From assembly GCA_951406725.2 (NCBI GenBank), contig OX597821.1, positions 88,350,001 through 88,414,000 on the forward strand: DNA of 64,000 bases, given 5' to 3'. The notes below the pieces were generated by a model. It ran no database searches. It was not told where the DNA came from and was given only the letters and a program-made list of their open reading frames with translations. Shown piece after piece: positions 50,513 to 63,850 of this stretch. The position numbers and the translations under genes are program-made. This stretch comes from Octopus vulgaris. Lineage: Eukaryota. Position 1 is the stretch's first letter, and every line of letters starts with the position of its first letter.

Positions 50513-52079
50513 CAACAAAGATATAAATAAAAATTACGTAACAGAATATAAAATGTAAATAACGGAGAGATAAATGGATAAACGTTTATCTATTTATATA
50601 AATTATATATAAATTTATATCACATATTATTCTTTACGTTTATATTTCCATTTTATATTTCACTCTACACAATCACCATTGCTCCCTTCGGCATTTCAAT
50701 CACATATATATTTATTTATCGTTCATATTCTAATACATGTTCTAATAGATATATACCGTTCTTCCTCAAACGCATATACAATTAGTCTAAGTAATGCACT
50801 TCGCCAATCCACGAAAATCCATGGAAAAGAAGCAACATGGTTGCGTTAGACTCACCGTTCTCATAAAACGTTTTCATTTACTGTATATAATTGAGTAATT
50901 AATTCAGTATGTATAAACTCTGTTCCCATGAAAGGAATCCAGAATTCATTTGTATGTTTGTATGCACACACACACACAAACACACATACACACACACACA
51001 CACACTCACACATACATATCTATGTGCATTCAATACTTTATAAGTATATGCACATCCATCTGTCCATCCATCCATCCACACATATATAGATATTTATCTA
51101 AATATGTACACGTATATCTATGTATATATCGATGTATATACATATATGTACACGTATAACATTATACCATATACACCTACATGTAAATATGCGTGCGCAT
51201 ATCTGTGTACGTGTTTGTGTTTGTGTGTGCGTGTCTGTGTTTATTTATATTCACATATATGCCCGTATAAATATTATTTTAATCTGAAATTCCGTGGATT
51301 GAAACTACAATTTTATCGATTTCAAAATTTCAGGCAAAGTATTCAATAAAACTGTGTATTGATAAACAGAATAATACGTTAAAATGTTTGTAAATGGACG
51401 TTTACAACGTGAAACTTTTTGATATACCTAGAGCGCATTACAGAAATCCACAAGGGTGACTCTGATGATACAGATAGCTCTTCTAAAATATGAAGATTAA
51501 AATAATTGATATTTTATGATAAATAAAAACAAAAATGTTTAATTCCCTTAGATCCCGGATTAATGTACAATAGGTTTGCTCATTTGCGATGCATTATTTA
51601 TTTTAAATTACTTTATTTCTGGTGGTAAGTAGATATCAATTCTCAAGGCGTATCTAAAATGGAAATTATATGAAAAAAATATATTCATTTCCTCTGAGAT
51701 ACAAAGATCACAGCTTTGTTCTGATTATAACCTTTGGCATGCTGTATTGTATTAAACAAATCATAGTAAATTGGTGAAATATGAATTTCAGTGATAATCT
51801 AAGTAATTTCAGCATAAAATACTATTTATATAGTATACTTACACCAATCTATTATAACACTTTATGGTCATCGTTCGAGTGTGTACACTAATGTGTCAAT
51901 GTATGTGCTTGGTTAAAGTTTTCGAATTTCTCAGCAAATGGGAAAGAGTTAATTTCTAGTCCTGAAACAAGACATTTTCAGCGTAATGTAGCCTCAACCA
52001 AATACGGTGGCCTTGTGTGTGTATTTATCTCTATGCATTTATTGCAATATATATATATATATATACATATACATACATA

Positions 52080-52477
52080 GGCGCAGGAGTGGCTGTGTGG
52101 TAAGTAGCTTGCTTACCAACCACATGGTTCCGGATTCACTCCCACTGCGTGGCATCTTGGGCAAGTGTCTTCTACTATAGCCCCGGGCCGACCAATGCCT
52201 TGTGAGTGGATTTGGTAGACGGAAACTGAAAGAAGCCTGCTTTATATATGTATATATATGTATGTGTGTGTGTTTGTGTGTCTGTGTTTGTCCCCCTAGC
52301 ATTGCTTGACAACCGATGCTGGTGTGTTTACGTCCCCGTCACCTAGCGGTTCGGCAAAAGAGTCCGATAGAATAAGTACTGGGCTTACAAAGAATAAGTC
52401 CCATGGTCGATTTGTTCGACTAAAGGCGGTGCTCCAGCATGGCCGCTGTCAAATGACTGAAACAAGAGAAAAAAAAG
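52080..52477 (+). mobile_element. SINE-A, full length
   Basis: Head to ACTGAAACAAG tail; inserted in TA-rich microsatellite. Confidence 0.92.
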
Positions 52478-52478
52478 A

Positions 52479-52521
<43 letters not shown>

Positions 52522-53205
52522 GATTGTGTACACTAATGTGTCAATGTATGTACTTGGTTAAAGTTTTCGCTACCACTCGCTCTATAGTCAAGATTTCGAA
52601 GAACAAAACAAACAACAGAATAAATTTGACCTTACGTTGAATTTCAGTAATCATTTAGAGAGATTAGTGTCCAGGAAGAGAATGAGAGAGATGATCGATG
52701 TGATATCAAGGCTATGAGTTGGAGAGACATCTATAGATCATGTAGAATCTTCGTTTGAGATGTATCATACTGAACGATAGATTAGAGAGGACCCGGAGAT
52801 CGTGGAGAAAAAACAAGAATGAGAGGAAAAGTGGCGTGATGGCTCAAGCAAGATGACACCAAAACAGCAAGTAGAGCAAATAATTTTTGCATACCAAAAC
52901 ACGCTATGAGTGCAAAAGATTAGCATTTTATGTGTGCGTGTGTGTGAGTGCATGTGTCAGCGGGAAACGAGTTTTCTATTATATGGGCTTATGTTCTAGA
53001 TGTTCTCTATTTTTTCTTTTTGTCAGGTGGACTTGTGTAAGTATGAGGTCCTGGTGAGTTTCATTTGGTTTGCGTTAGTTGTTGTTTGGTTTCTTTATGA
53101 ATATCAACTTTAGTGTAGTGCATAGAATGTTTAAATCTTCACTAATTTTGTCTTGTTTTAAAATGAATTCGTTGTGTCGTGGAGAAGGGTTTGTTGTTCA
53201 TTGTT

Positions 53206-53278
<73 letters not shown>

Positions 53279-54415
53279 ATGTATGTATGTATGAATAAAC
53301 ATGGCATCTCATATTTCTGCCATGAGCTAAATTTTTGTTAAATAAATTGCCCAAAGATAGAACGGTTGCATTCCTTCCGTGGTAGCGTCATGGCTGATTT
53401 CAAATAATTAAGGAAATAGTATTGTTTTCTATGTGCAACGTACTTACCGTGCAGTTGGTGCACTCCTGTTGCTATTATTTCAATTTGCAAGTGTTAGGGC
53501 AATATCATATAATGTAACTAAATTTGATACATATTTTAGTTAATATTTTAGGTGTGTAATATTTTAGTTAATATTTTAGTTAATATTTTGTTGGTACTTG
53601 AGGAATGCTTAGCTATTTGGTTTGTATGTCTGACATTGTTGGAAACCGAAGAGAAATTTTGTGTACGAATTATATTAATCCCTTGGTGTTTAGAGTTAGT
53701 ATTTTCAATGGATTTTTATCAAGTTTTGGATTTTCCTTTTTTGAATATCAAGATATTTGATGAATGCTGATTGGTTAAAATATATGGATTCAGAAAACGT
53801 ACTTGCAGCATGAAGATAAATCTATTTACATTTAGAATTTTATCACACTAATGCGCAAGCATTTAATATGCAATATAATGGAGGTTTTCAAATATTAGTA
53901 ATGCCAACATTGTACACTGGTATTCAAAAATCAAGATCATTGATCCAAACTGAATAAGTATCATTTTGGTTATCATACTATAAAAACCTTTGTTTCGCAT
54001 GCAAACTCTGACTAAGGCTTGTCAAAAATGTGATCTCAAAAACATTTACTTTTGTAGGACCCATCGTCCTCCACAAATATTTAATGATATCATAAATTTG
54101 TTTCCTATTCTTTGATTATATTTAGCAGTATTGATGGATATTTTTCGGGCATGCGGTGACTTACAGCAATGAGACAACACAAGTACAAGAAAAGTATTTG
54201 TAAGTGACATGAGAATGTGCTTTAGCTACATATGACTGGTTCTCGTCACACTTTGGCAAGTAAACATATATATTAGACGTATACTTGTAAGCTATGCTAA
54301 GAAGAATGTTTAATGTCGTCACTGAAAATGAAGAGCTATAGAAATGTTGTCTGCAAAAAAAAAAAAAAGATGAAGAGAAGGCTATTTGTAGCATATTCAA
54401 ACTATATACAGTATA

Positions 54416-54576
54416 AGTGCAGGCGTGGCTTTGTGTTTACAAGTTAGCTTCCCAACCACATGGTTCCGCGTTAAGTTTAACTGTAGCGCCTTGGGTAGAT
54501 GTCTTCTATTATAGCGTTGGGCACAACAAAGTCTTACATCTGGATTTGGAAGACAGAAACAGAAAGAAGCTCGTCA
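54416..54576 (+). mobile_element. Diverged SINE-A 5' half
   Basis: GCTTCCCAACCACATGGTTCC...GTCTTCTATTATAGC...GAAAGAAGCTCGTC, then microsatellite. Confidence 0.75.
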
Positions 54577-54616
54577 TATCTATCTATCTACATACATACA
54601 TACATACATACATACA

Positions 54617-54691
<75 letters not shown>

Positions 54692-54697
<6 letters not shown>

Positions 54698-54838
54698 CTG
54701 TTTATCTCCTCGTGTTCTTTTCTGATGAAGAGCGGAGGCTCGAAACGTAAACGACTTTCTCACCTTCCCAAGTGTCAAACTAATACACTTGCTTGTTTAT
54801 ACACCCGTCTTCATCTTTTGTTTTACTGTAAGTTTCAA

Positions 54839-54841
<3 letters not shown>
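54692..54841 (+). mobile_element. Mini PLE-like element with minimal hammerhead (54717-54754)
   Basis: tt-CTGATGA(54722-54728)-A-gagc-ggag-gctc-GAAAC-GTA-aa. Reverse-complement homolog of 26397-26568. Between (TA)n and (CA)n. Confidence 0.72.
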
Positions 54842-54922
<81 letters not shown>

Positions 54923-54924
<2 letters not shown>

Positions 54925-55218
54925 TGAAGTCGCATGGCTCAGTGCTTAGCGCGTCGAGCTTATGATCGTGAAGTAATGAATTCGATTCCCGGATCGGCTG
55001 CGTGTTGTGTACTTGACCAATACATTTTATTTCACGTTGCTCCACTTCACTCAGCTGTAGAATTAAGCAGTATCGGCCTTTGCCTTTCCCTTGGATAACA
55101 TCGGTGAGTAGTATGCATAGGTGATTGCTGGTCTTCCATAAAAGCAACCCTAGGTTGTGCGTTCACCGGTGAGGTGACTCTCCGCCAGACTTGTATCCCG
55201 GAGGGGAACCTCTAAGGT
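54923..55218 (+). mobile_element. tRNA-derived SINE with SINE-B-like head and core but a different tail
   Basis: TGGCTCAGTG A box, TTCGATTCC B box, core TTTCACGTTGCTCCACTTCACTCAGCTG. Sequence after about 55060 does not match the SINE-B tail. Confidence 0.7.
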
Positions 55219-56614
55219 GAATTTATGATATTTTGTGACCGACAGAGTCGAGAGTTTATACACACACACACATATATAGATGCACAGATACACACTACCT
55301 CATGGTTGTGTGCACGACGTATGGCTTTCACTGAATCATACGCCTTGTAAGTATAATAGTTTAACTGTATTATTTGAATAACTATTTTGAGGAAGAATAA
55401 CTCCGGAATTAGGGAAGTGGAATACACCCCTCACACATATACCTGTGTGCTTTGTTTGTGGAATTGAGAATACGTATTAAGTTCTATTTATCCGGCATAG
55501 ATTATCGTTGCCTTTAATTTGCTCCTCATGAAGGTTTATGCGCTATGATATGATTCTGACTTTGAAGTTTATAAATAAGTTGGTTTTGAAGATTCAGTTA
55601 TTACTATTGGGCCACCGTGTTTTCTCAAATGAGTATGATTCACTAATAAGTGAATTAATTGATATGGATGCATTTTTTCACATTGTAAGTAAGATTTCAA
55701 GTAAGATTTATCAAAATATGTAGGCTAGTTTGCTGAAAAGTATAGCATCAACAAACATTCTAACTTGGGACTTCCAGCAGTTATAACATATTTTGTTGTA
55801 TCTTTTTTAACACTTTTAAAATCTTTACCTGAACGTGTCTCGGTATTTGAAACCCTCTGTATTCAATGTGATTGTCAAGAAGAGTTTTATTGTTGTTTCT
55901 CTAAAACTACTGATCCAGCTTTAATGCTGATATCTATGCATGATGAAATCCGTTAAACACTTCTGCATGCACAGTACATTTATGGTCACCTTTACTAGGT
56001 CTGCAATTAGAATGCTTGCTTTTAAATTCGCTCACAGACAGGAGCTCTAGCAGACCATATGGTTAACGGTCACAATTCTTCCTATAATGTTAATGTATAA
56101 GTTGCTTAATCGCATCGACTTTCTCGCTATATTTCGATTTCTTGCAGCGGAAACCTTCCACTAGAATTCTTGAACGGGTAGGTAGTGACTTTGATGACGC
56201 TGTAGTTCTCTGTATAGTGTATTATTCAGAGTTATCCATTCCAATTTTTTAGTATCGGCTCCATTCATCTTTAAAGTAGATTTTATGTTATTCACATAGC
56301 GAAAGAAAATCGTCACAGTTATAAATATTTTTTGCTTGACACTCCCTGGATAAAGGCATGAGAATCATTGCGATTAGACACACAAACACACATATTACAT
56401 ATATATATGTGTGTGTATTCGCGTGTGTTTGTGTGTGTATCTGCATGTAGACTAGTGGTTAGGATGCTGCACACACGATCAAAAGATTGTGCGTTCGATT
56501 ATTTGAGGAAAATATTTTATTTCTTCTTGCTGTGCCATCATTTCGACATGTGACGCATAACACACTTCTACAGACAATTTCGATTTGGTTGAGGGTGTGA
56601 GTTCATGTAAACAC

Positions 56615-56707
<93 letters not shown>

Positions 56708-56729
56708 CCATATAATATATTTGAAACAT

Positions 56730-56947
56730 AAAGCAGAGATCTAGTAGAAACGTTAGTACACCGGGCGTAATGCATAGCGGTATTTCGTCTGTATTTACGT
56801 TCTGATTTCAAATTCCACCGTGGTTGACTTTGCCTTTCATCCTATCGGGGTTGATAAATTAAGTACCAGTTGCGTACTGAGGTCGATTTAATCGACTGTC
56901 TCCCTCTCCCCAAATTTCGGGCCTTATGACTAGAGTAGAAAAGAATA
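56730..56947 (+). mobile_element. SINE-C variant
   Basis: GCGGTATTTCGTCTG...CAAATTCCACCGTGGTTGACTTTGCCTTTCATCC...AAGTACCAGTT; alternative tail ending TAGAAAAGAATA. Confidence 0.85.
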
Positions 56948-57172
56948 TATTGAAGCTTGCATAAGAAGAGGGATGAGGGAAACATTTTAAATATATAAAA
57001 GTAATGAAAAGCTTCCTGCAGTAAGAGTATAAGAATAACGAAGGACAGCGTCGCTTTTCAAATATACACTTGGTTATTGCAGGTCAAATGTAAACAACAG
57101 TTCAGAGTCATAGGGTAGATATCTGAATTCGAACTGAAGAATGAAGATAAAGATTGCGGAGCAAATTCTATG

Positions 57173-57699
57173 TCTATTATATAAAATCCATTCTGTCTGT
57201 CTGTGTGTGTGTCTTCTAGGATCTCGGGCATCTTCCATCCGATTATGATCAAATTTGATATGTAGATACTGACGGTATCAAAGCGTGTTTAAGTCTTGAA
57301 AAAATTACAAAAATCGATTCCAGGCGAGAGTGCGATCGATAAAGCCGTGGGAACGTTCAGTTGTACGTGCATGTGCATCAGCTGTTGCGATCGATACTAC
57401 GCGTACGCGAGGAAAATGCACGTGCAGTTTGCGCAAAAAAAATCCAGCTGGCTTGAAATAATGCCACAAAATGCAGTATATTTAAGAGACCAAAAAGTAA
57501 GATGCAAAAGAGATATTTTCTTCAAACTTGGCATGAAGGAAAGAAAGACTATTTGGTTTCTTAGTTCCCTAGGTTGTTGCTTTTCATCAAAAATCTCAAA
57601 GGGGAGGCCTATGGGACGGTCGGACAAGTTGTTTTGAGAAAATTTGGTTTAAATGTTTGACAACTCAGCACCGTCCATTTGACAGGGGGCATTTTCCTC

Positions 57700-57700
<1 letters not shown>
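57173..57700 (+). mobile_element. Putative non-autonomous Helitron
   Basis: TCTATTATATAAAA start followed by (CTGT)n like the other Helitron heads here. Weak terminal hairpin GTC-CATTT-GAC and a CTCG|T end instead of CTAG. Confidence 0.5.
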
Positions 57701-57751
<51 letters not shown>

Positions 57752-58822
57752 TGTGTGTGCGTGTACAGATAGGTGCAGACGTATTTACACACACACAAAA
57801 CACACATACACACACATATGTAAATGTATATGTGTGTAAGTATGTGTATGTGTATGAACACGCATAGCTATACACAGAAAAAGGAAGAAATTTAGAGAGA
57901 TACATACACCCGATTGCCACATCATTCTGAATCTTTTCACACATTGCGCGACATGTTTATACACACGTCCTAACAATTCTTTTTCACATAATTATTATAT
58001 TTAAGTCACAAGCACATACATAGTCTCATAGTCATATACGCAGACACTGGTACATGTACAGTCACATGCGAAAGCCTAGAACATCATGATAACATACAAC
58101 AAGAGTGAAATAACTACAGAACAGATCAACGACAAACATACCTTCCATTTCTGTATTTGTAACATTTAACATTTCAGCTCCCATTGCTATGAATATTATT
58201 TACCGGACAAATCTTCAACAAGATAAATGTATTTCTTACAAGTCATGAACAGTGTGAAAGAAACTAAATAATTCTTCAGGAAAGAAGCTTGAAATAAATT
58301 CGAATTTTTGGTCCCTATGGTTCTCCAAGGAAGCAGAAATCTAATCAAACATTCTGGGAATTTTCTACAAAGATTTTATCGTTTTTATGTTGATATTGTT
58401 TGTACTGAGTAAAGACATTCTCTGGAGGTATGGTGTAAGATGTTCACATTCTGTTCTGACACTGGTGAGAAAGAATTGGAGAACACTGTGTACCAGCATT
58501 TCTACTGTTGTTCTATTGAGAAATAACTCAGTAAACTTGACAATAGCTAAACATTTTGAACTTGTATTCAAACCTTTGTTCCAGTTCTGATGAATGGTTA
58601 ACTGTCATTTTGCGTTAGATAATTTGCAAGCGATTGCTTCGTATACCCGAATTGGTGGTTGTAGAAACCCTTAATTTAGGAGGATACATAAATGCTCGAA
58701 CGCACGCGTACATACACACGCGTGCACACATTGACTCATTGAAACACACTCACACGTAGGTATATCACAGACACACACACACACACGCATACATATAGAT
58801 AGATATACTTATGTCGATATTC

Positions 58823-59235
58823 TTTTGTTCTTTTACTTGTTTCAGTTATTTGACTACGGCCATGCTGGAGCACATCATTTAGTCGAACAAATCGACACCA
58901 GGACTTATTCTTTGTAAGCCTGGTACTTATTCTATCGGTCTCTTTCCCGAAACGCTACGTAAACACACTAACATCGGTTATCAAGCGATGGTAGGGGAGA
59001 AGCACAGACACATAAACATATAAATATACATATATATATACATTCATGCATATATATATATATATACACATAATTTCAATGGGCGTCTTTCGGTTTCCGT
59101 CCACTAAATCCACTCACAAGGATTTGGTGGGCTCGAAGTTATAGTAGGAGACACTTGACCAAGGTGCCACGTAGTGGGACTGAATCTGGAACCATATGGT
59201 TGGAAGCAAGCTTCTTACCACACACCCACACCTCG
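58823..59235 (-). mobile_element. SINE-A (moderately diverged)
   Basis: Tail CTTTTACTTGTTTCAGTTATTTGACT and head AGCTTCTTACCACAC on plus. Confidence 0.88.
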
Positions 59236-59303
59236 TGTATATATGTGCTTGTATACACTTGTATATATGTATACAAATATGTATATATATATATATATAT
59301 ATA

Positions 59304-59369
59304 TACCGGAGTAAACACATAAATGTGAAACAAGGTGGAAAAAAGAGTACTCAAATACCAGTGGTAGAG

Positions 59370-59370
<1 letters not shown>
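59304..59370. mobile_element. Short fragment of the 34882-35090 family inside (TA)n
   Basis: Reverse complement of 35023-35090 with about one mismatch. Confidence 0.85.
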
Positions 59371-59448
<78 letters not shown>

Positions 59449-59572
59449 CTGTGTGTGTATGTATGTATGTATGTATGTATGTATGTATGTATGTATTTAC
59501 ACATACAATAGGAATGCGAAATGGATGATCATTAGTAAGGAAAAGCACACAAAAAAGAAAGAAGAAACCAAA

Positions 59573-59618
59573 GGACCACTGATGAGGTCACAGAATTGTG
59601 ACGAAAGAACTCTCGCCG
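59573..59618 (+). ncRNA. Degenerate hammerhead-like motif
   Basis: CTGATGA(59579-59585)-g-gtcaca-gaat-tgtgac-GAA-AG-aa-CT-C. Perfect 6-bp helix II but poor helix I. Confidence 0.45.
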
Positions 59619-59769
59619 AAATAAGATTAATATAAAATAATGCTGAAGCACGTGAACATTAAATATATATAGTGAGTGTTTTTCATTGGCTATACTGGCA
59701 ACATGACCATATACAATTACAATAATATCTGTTTCAACACAAATTCGCATCATGAATGTTGCAAAACGA

Positions 59770-59824
<55 letters not shown>

Positions 59825-59919
59825 AGTATATATATAGATATACATATGCATATATATAAACAGTGTAGGTGCCTATATACATATTATTACGTACACACAT
59901 GCATGAATATATATACGTA

Positions 59920-60075
59920 GTTCAGACTCCGCCGAGGTCGACTTTGCCTTTCATCCTTTCGGGGTCGATAAATAAAGTACCAATTTTGCACTGTGGTCGA
60001 TGTAATCCACTTAATCCCTTTGTCTGACTTATTTGGTCCCCTCTACATTTAGCCCCTTGTGGGCAGTAAAGAAAT
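59920..60075 (+). mobile_element. 5'-truncated SINE-C
   Basis: CCGCCGAGGTCGACTTTGCCTTTCATCC to GTGGGCAGTAAAGAAATA. Confidence 0.88.
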
Positions 60076-60277
60076 ATGTGACCTCGTGAGTACCACCAGC
60101 GATTTTTTTCCCTCTGTCTTCCCTTCTCGGGATCTTTCCTTCTCCTATGTTTCCGACGAAGAGCTCCGCTCGAAACGTTAAACCCTCCTTCTTCCCTTCT
60201 TTCCTGAGCGTCCAATAATACTTTATTTGTTCCACGTCCTCGCGTTGCTGTGTCTTTTTGTGTTTTCTTGTTTGAAT

Positions 60278-60280
<3 letters not shown>
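60075..60280 (+). mobile_element. Mini PLE-like element with minimal hammerhead (60149-60183)
   Basis: gttt-CCGACGA-A-gagc-tcc-gctc-GAAAC-GTT-aaac. Ends in (TA)n. Confidence 0.72.
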
Positions 60281-60317
<37 letters not shown>

Positions 60318-60865
60318 TTACTATGCACATACATACATATACGTAATGTGTAAGTCTTCAATATCACGCAACATAATTTTGAATGGATCAAACTTGACCT
60401 GGGACAAAATAACAGCATCACCGCTCTCTGGAAATGCGACAAAATTATGGCCACTATTTGAAACTTTTATTAAATGTTACTGAAATAACTTAACTGCATC
60501 AAAAGAAAATACAATGTATCTTACGCAACATTCCGGTATATTGGTGGCAACCTCCATTTCAATTCCATTCAACTTCTTTCCTAATTTAACAGCACCAATT
60601 GCTATCAATAGCATATGTATATACACACATACACTCACACATACACAAAACGCATATGCATAGATACATCCATACATGCTTATATATATATAAATATATG
60701 TGTGTGTATGTATGTATATATACACGTATATATATGGTGTGTGTGTGCCCGTACATATGTATATGTAAGTATATGTGTATATATACATATATATATATAT
60801 ATTTATATGTGTATATGTATGTGTGTATATCTATATACGTAAATATACATATATTCATACATACA

Positions 60866-60900
<35 letters not shown>

Positions 60901-60935
60901 CATACATACATAATATATACATACGTACATATACA

Positions 60936-61010
<75 letters not shown>

Positions 61011-61822
61011 CTGATAATGCATATACGTATATACAATATATGTATACATAAACTTTAAATACAAAATGCTTTTCTCTGCATTTGACATTTCGATTAAAAT
61101 GAACCAAAATAATGATGAAGATAATAATGGTAAAAACGTTGATGCTGAGGATTCCGCCGCTGTTGCAGATGATGATGATGATGATGATGATGATAATGAT
61201 CTTGATAATGATGACGATGTTGATGATGATGATGATGATGATAATGATGTGAATGGCGAAGGTGGCGGTAGGTATTATGATGATTATGATTATAACGTTG
61301 AAGTAGAAGTTGAAGAAATTGAAGGAAGGGGAGGAAGAGGAGGAGGGGGAGGAGGCGGAGGAGAGGAAACGGTTGAGGGGGATTTTCGAAAAAAAAAATA
61401 ATTGAGTACTATTCATAAGTTTAGTGCATTCGATTATTTTATTTCTTTTTTCTTTTAGCTTTATTTTTGGTATATTTTTTTTTTTACGTTGATTTGTTCA
61501 TTGGAAGCCGAGTAAATGGTATTGTAATTGAATATAGCAAAGTTACCTAGTTTACTGTTTTTATTTCATTATATGTGAAGACGCCAAAGAAAGCGTTGTT
61601 CTCATAACAACAAAAACAACAAGAACAACAATAACATGAATAATAAAACCTCACCTGTCACTAACAGCTTTTTACCTTTTTATGCCTCAATTTTCTGGCT
61701 TAAAAAAAAAAACAGCAGCTTTTTTTCTTGAATTCAATTTATTAATCTTACCCTTCTGTTTTCTTCTCGCATCCCAAGACTGTATTTTCGACTATTTATT
61801 TTTCATACTTGCTGATACAGAT

Positions 61823-62237
61823 CCTTCTTCTTCTTCTTCTTCTTCTTCTTCTTCTTCTTCTTCTTCTTCTTCTTCTTCTTCTTCTTCTTTTTCTTCTTCT
61901 TCTTCTTCTTCTTCTTCTTCTTCTTCTCCTTCTTCTTCTTGTTCTCCTACCTCTTCTTCTTCTGCTTCTTCTTCTTCTTCCTCTCCTCCTTCCTCTTCTT
62001 CTTCTTCTTCTTCTTCTTCTTCTTCTTCTCCTTCTTCTTCTTCTTCTTCTTCTTCTTCTTCTTCTCCTCCTTTCTCTTCTTCTTCTTCTTCTTCTCCTTC
62101 TTCTTCTTCTTCTTCTTCTTCCTCCCCCTCCTCCTCCTCCTCCTCCCCTACTCTTCCCCCTCTTCCTCCTACTTCTCCTCCTTTACTGTCATTAATTCTT
62201 CTTCTTATTGTTATTACTTCTATCGTCATCATCATCG

Positions 62238-62293
<56 letters not shown>

Positions 62294-62294
62294 G

Positions 62295-62326
<32 letters not shown>

Positions 62327-62440
62327 GTCGTCGTCCTCGTCGTCATCGTCGTCGTCATGATCACCATGATCATAACGATCCCCTTCCTCCACATCGTCGT
62401 CATCATCATCGTCATCATCAACGTAATCATCGTCATCGTG
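61823..62440. repeat. Compound (TCT)n/(TCC)n/(CAT)n microsatellite
   Basis: Directly visible. Confidence 0.95.
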
Positions 62441-62687
62441 TACACTTCTGTTTTATTTCTTATAATTATATTGTTTGCTTAGCCATATGTTTCGTGTGTA
62501 GGCCCACAACTACTTCATAAATGATGAGTTCCTGCGTTCCAGCCACTCATTGATAATGGTGAATTAGAGCCGAAGTTAAACTAAACTGATGCTGGTCTCT
62601 TGTCGGTATTTTTCATTTCTTAGTTATTACTCGATTTTAGAAAACGTGCTTTTGGGCAAAATTTTCTACTGATATATATATATATAT

Positions 62688-62862
62688 AGGTAGAGTTTAC
62701 GAAAAAAACAAAAGACGAAGACAGGTGTTGTACAAAACAAACAGATGTATTAGCATAGCGCTCAGGAATAGAAAAAGTCCTTTACGTTTCGAGCCTACGC
62801 TCTTCAACAGAAAGGTACACAGAAAAAACAAGGAGAGAAACAAGGAGAGAAAAAAATATGTG
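62688..62862 (-). mobile_element. Mini PLE-like element with minimal hammerhead (62779-62815)
   Basis: Minus: ccttt-CTGTTGA-A-gagc-gtag-gctc-GAAAC-GTA-aagg. (TA)n on both sides. Close copy of 26397-26568. Confidence 0.75.
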
Positions 62863-63048
62863 TATATATATATAACGTATGTAATTGTAAAAATATAATT
62901 ATAGTTAAGGGCTACTGAAAATGACCATCACCAATGCTAGAAGTAGATGTCAAATATCAACAACCCACTCCAAATTTTGTTCTTATATTCAAACACAGGT
63001 AGGAACGCGAAGGAATGAGCAAGAAAATACAAAAAAAATATTTCATAT

Positions 63049-63107
63049 TTCTATACCTCGAGATTTCACGCTCTGCAAAAAAAATTGCTTTGTGATCTTC
63101 AGTAGAA
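63049..63107 (-). ncRNA. Type I hammerhead ribozyme motif
   Basis: Minus: ttcta-CTGAAGA-[gcaa/ttgc, irregular helix II]-GAA-ATCTCGAGGT-A-tagaa. Helix I 5 bp perfect, self-complementary helix III (one G-U), GUA triplet. Confidence 0.68.
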
Positions 63108-63589
63108 CATACCATTAATATATAAGCGAGGATTATATATACCCACTGATAAATCCAACCGTAGATACCAATGTACATATACATCTACTGCATATGCGTT
63201 TCATCTTCCAGCCTACCTCGACCATGTGGATTATGTCAGAAGTCATATGGGGTAAATGCAATCCCGCATTAATATATTCTGACACAAGAGAACTTCTAAA
63301 TGTGTATATATATGTGTGTGTTATGTTTGTCTGTTTGTGTTTGTGTGTGTGTGTGTGTGTAAAAAAACGCATGTTGGCAATAAGAGTGTAGCAATCTACG
63401 CTTACTTCTGTTCGTACAGGGTCAAGATTTCAAATGATAATGCGAAAGATAAACATCATGGTCATCCAGGAACTGTTGGTGACAGTGATTTTTATTACAG
63501 TATATCTATATTTACCTATATAAATTTTTTGACTAATTCTGAAATTAAATCAGCAGTTTATATTTGTTGCGATTACGGTGGTTTTTGAA

Positions 63590-63850
63590 AATTTAGAGTA
63601 TATATTCCCGAGGCACCGATGCTACTGCCTCGTAAATATTTATTCCTCCTGGCTTCTTTGCCGATGAGACGAGCCATTGGTAGATTGACTTGATTAAATT
63701 TAATTTAATTTAATTAGGCTGGTTTGCCATAAAGTACGTCGAAACAATACATTGTCCAAAGATAAATAGTGTAAATGTTTTTTAATTTTCCTTTGATTTC
63801 TGAATTACTACTATTTAGCGGTTTAGAGTCTTGGCTGCTCTTTCTAGTTG
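63590..63850 (+). mobile_element. PLE pseudo-LTR-like dispersed repeat (homolog of 4758-5000)
   Basis: Shared upstream hairpin CGAGGCA/TGCCTCG, HHR and downstream TTGGCTGCTCTTTCTAG. Confidence 0.7.
63655..63762 (+). ncRNA. Type I hammerhead ribozyme motif (U4C core, long helix II)
   Basis: tctttg-CCGATGA(63661-63667)-gacg...cgtc-GAA-ACAAT-ac-ATTGT-C-caaaga. Helix I 6 bp, helix III 5 bp, GUC at 63754-63756, extended helix II (cttgattaaatt/aatttaattagg). Confidence 0.83.

Noticed and set aside
55500-56330. Possible old LINE RT relic (RMFVDAILF on minus)
   Set aside because: One weak motif only.
58090-58260. Possible PLE RT trace (LPFL...IYRT)
   Set aside because: Too short and degenerate to support.
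61066-61401. Acidic D/E/G-rich ORF as a possible exon
   Set aside because: Explained by degenerate (GAT)n and (GGA)n repeats; no domain or supported splice structure.
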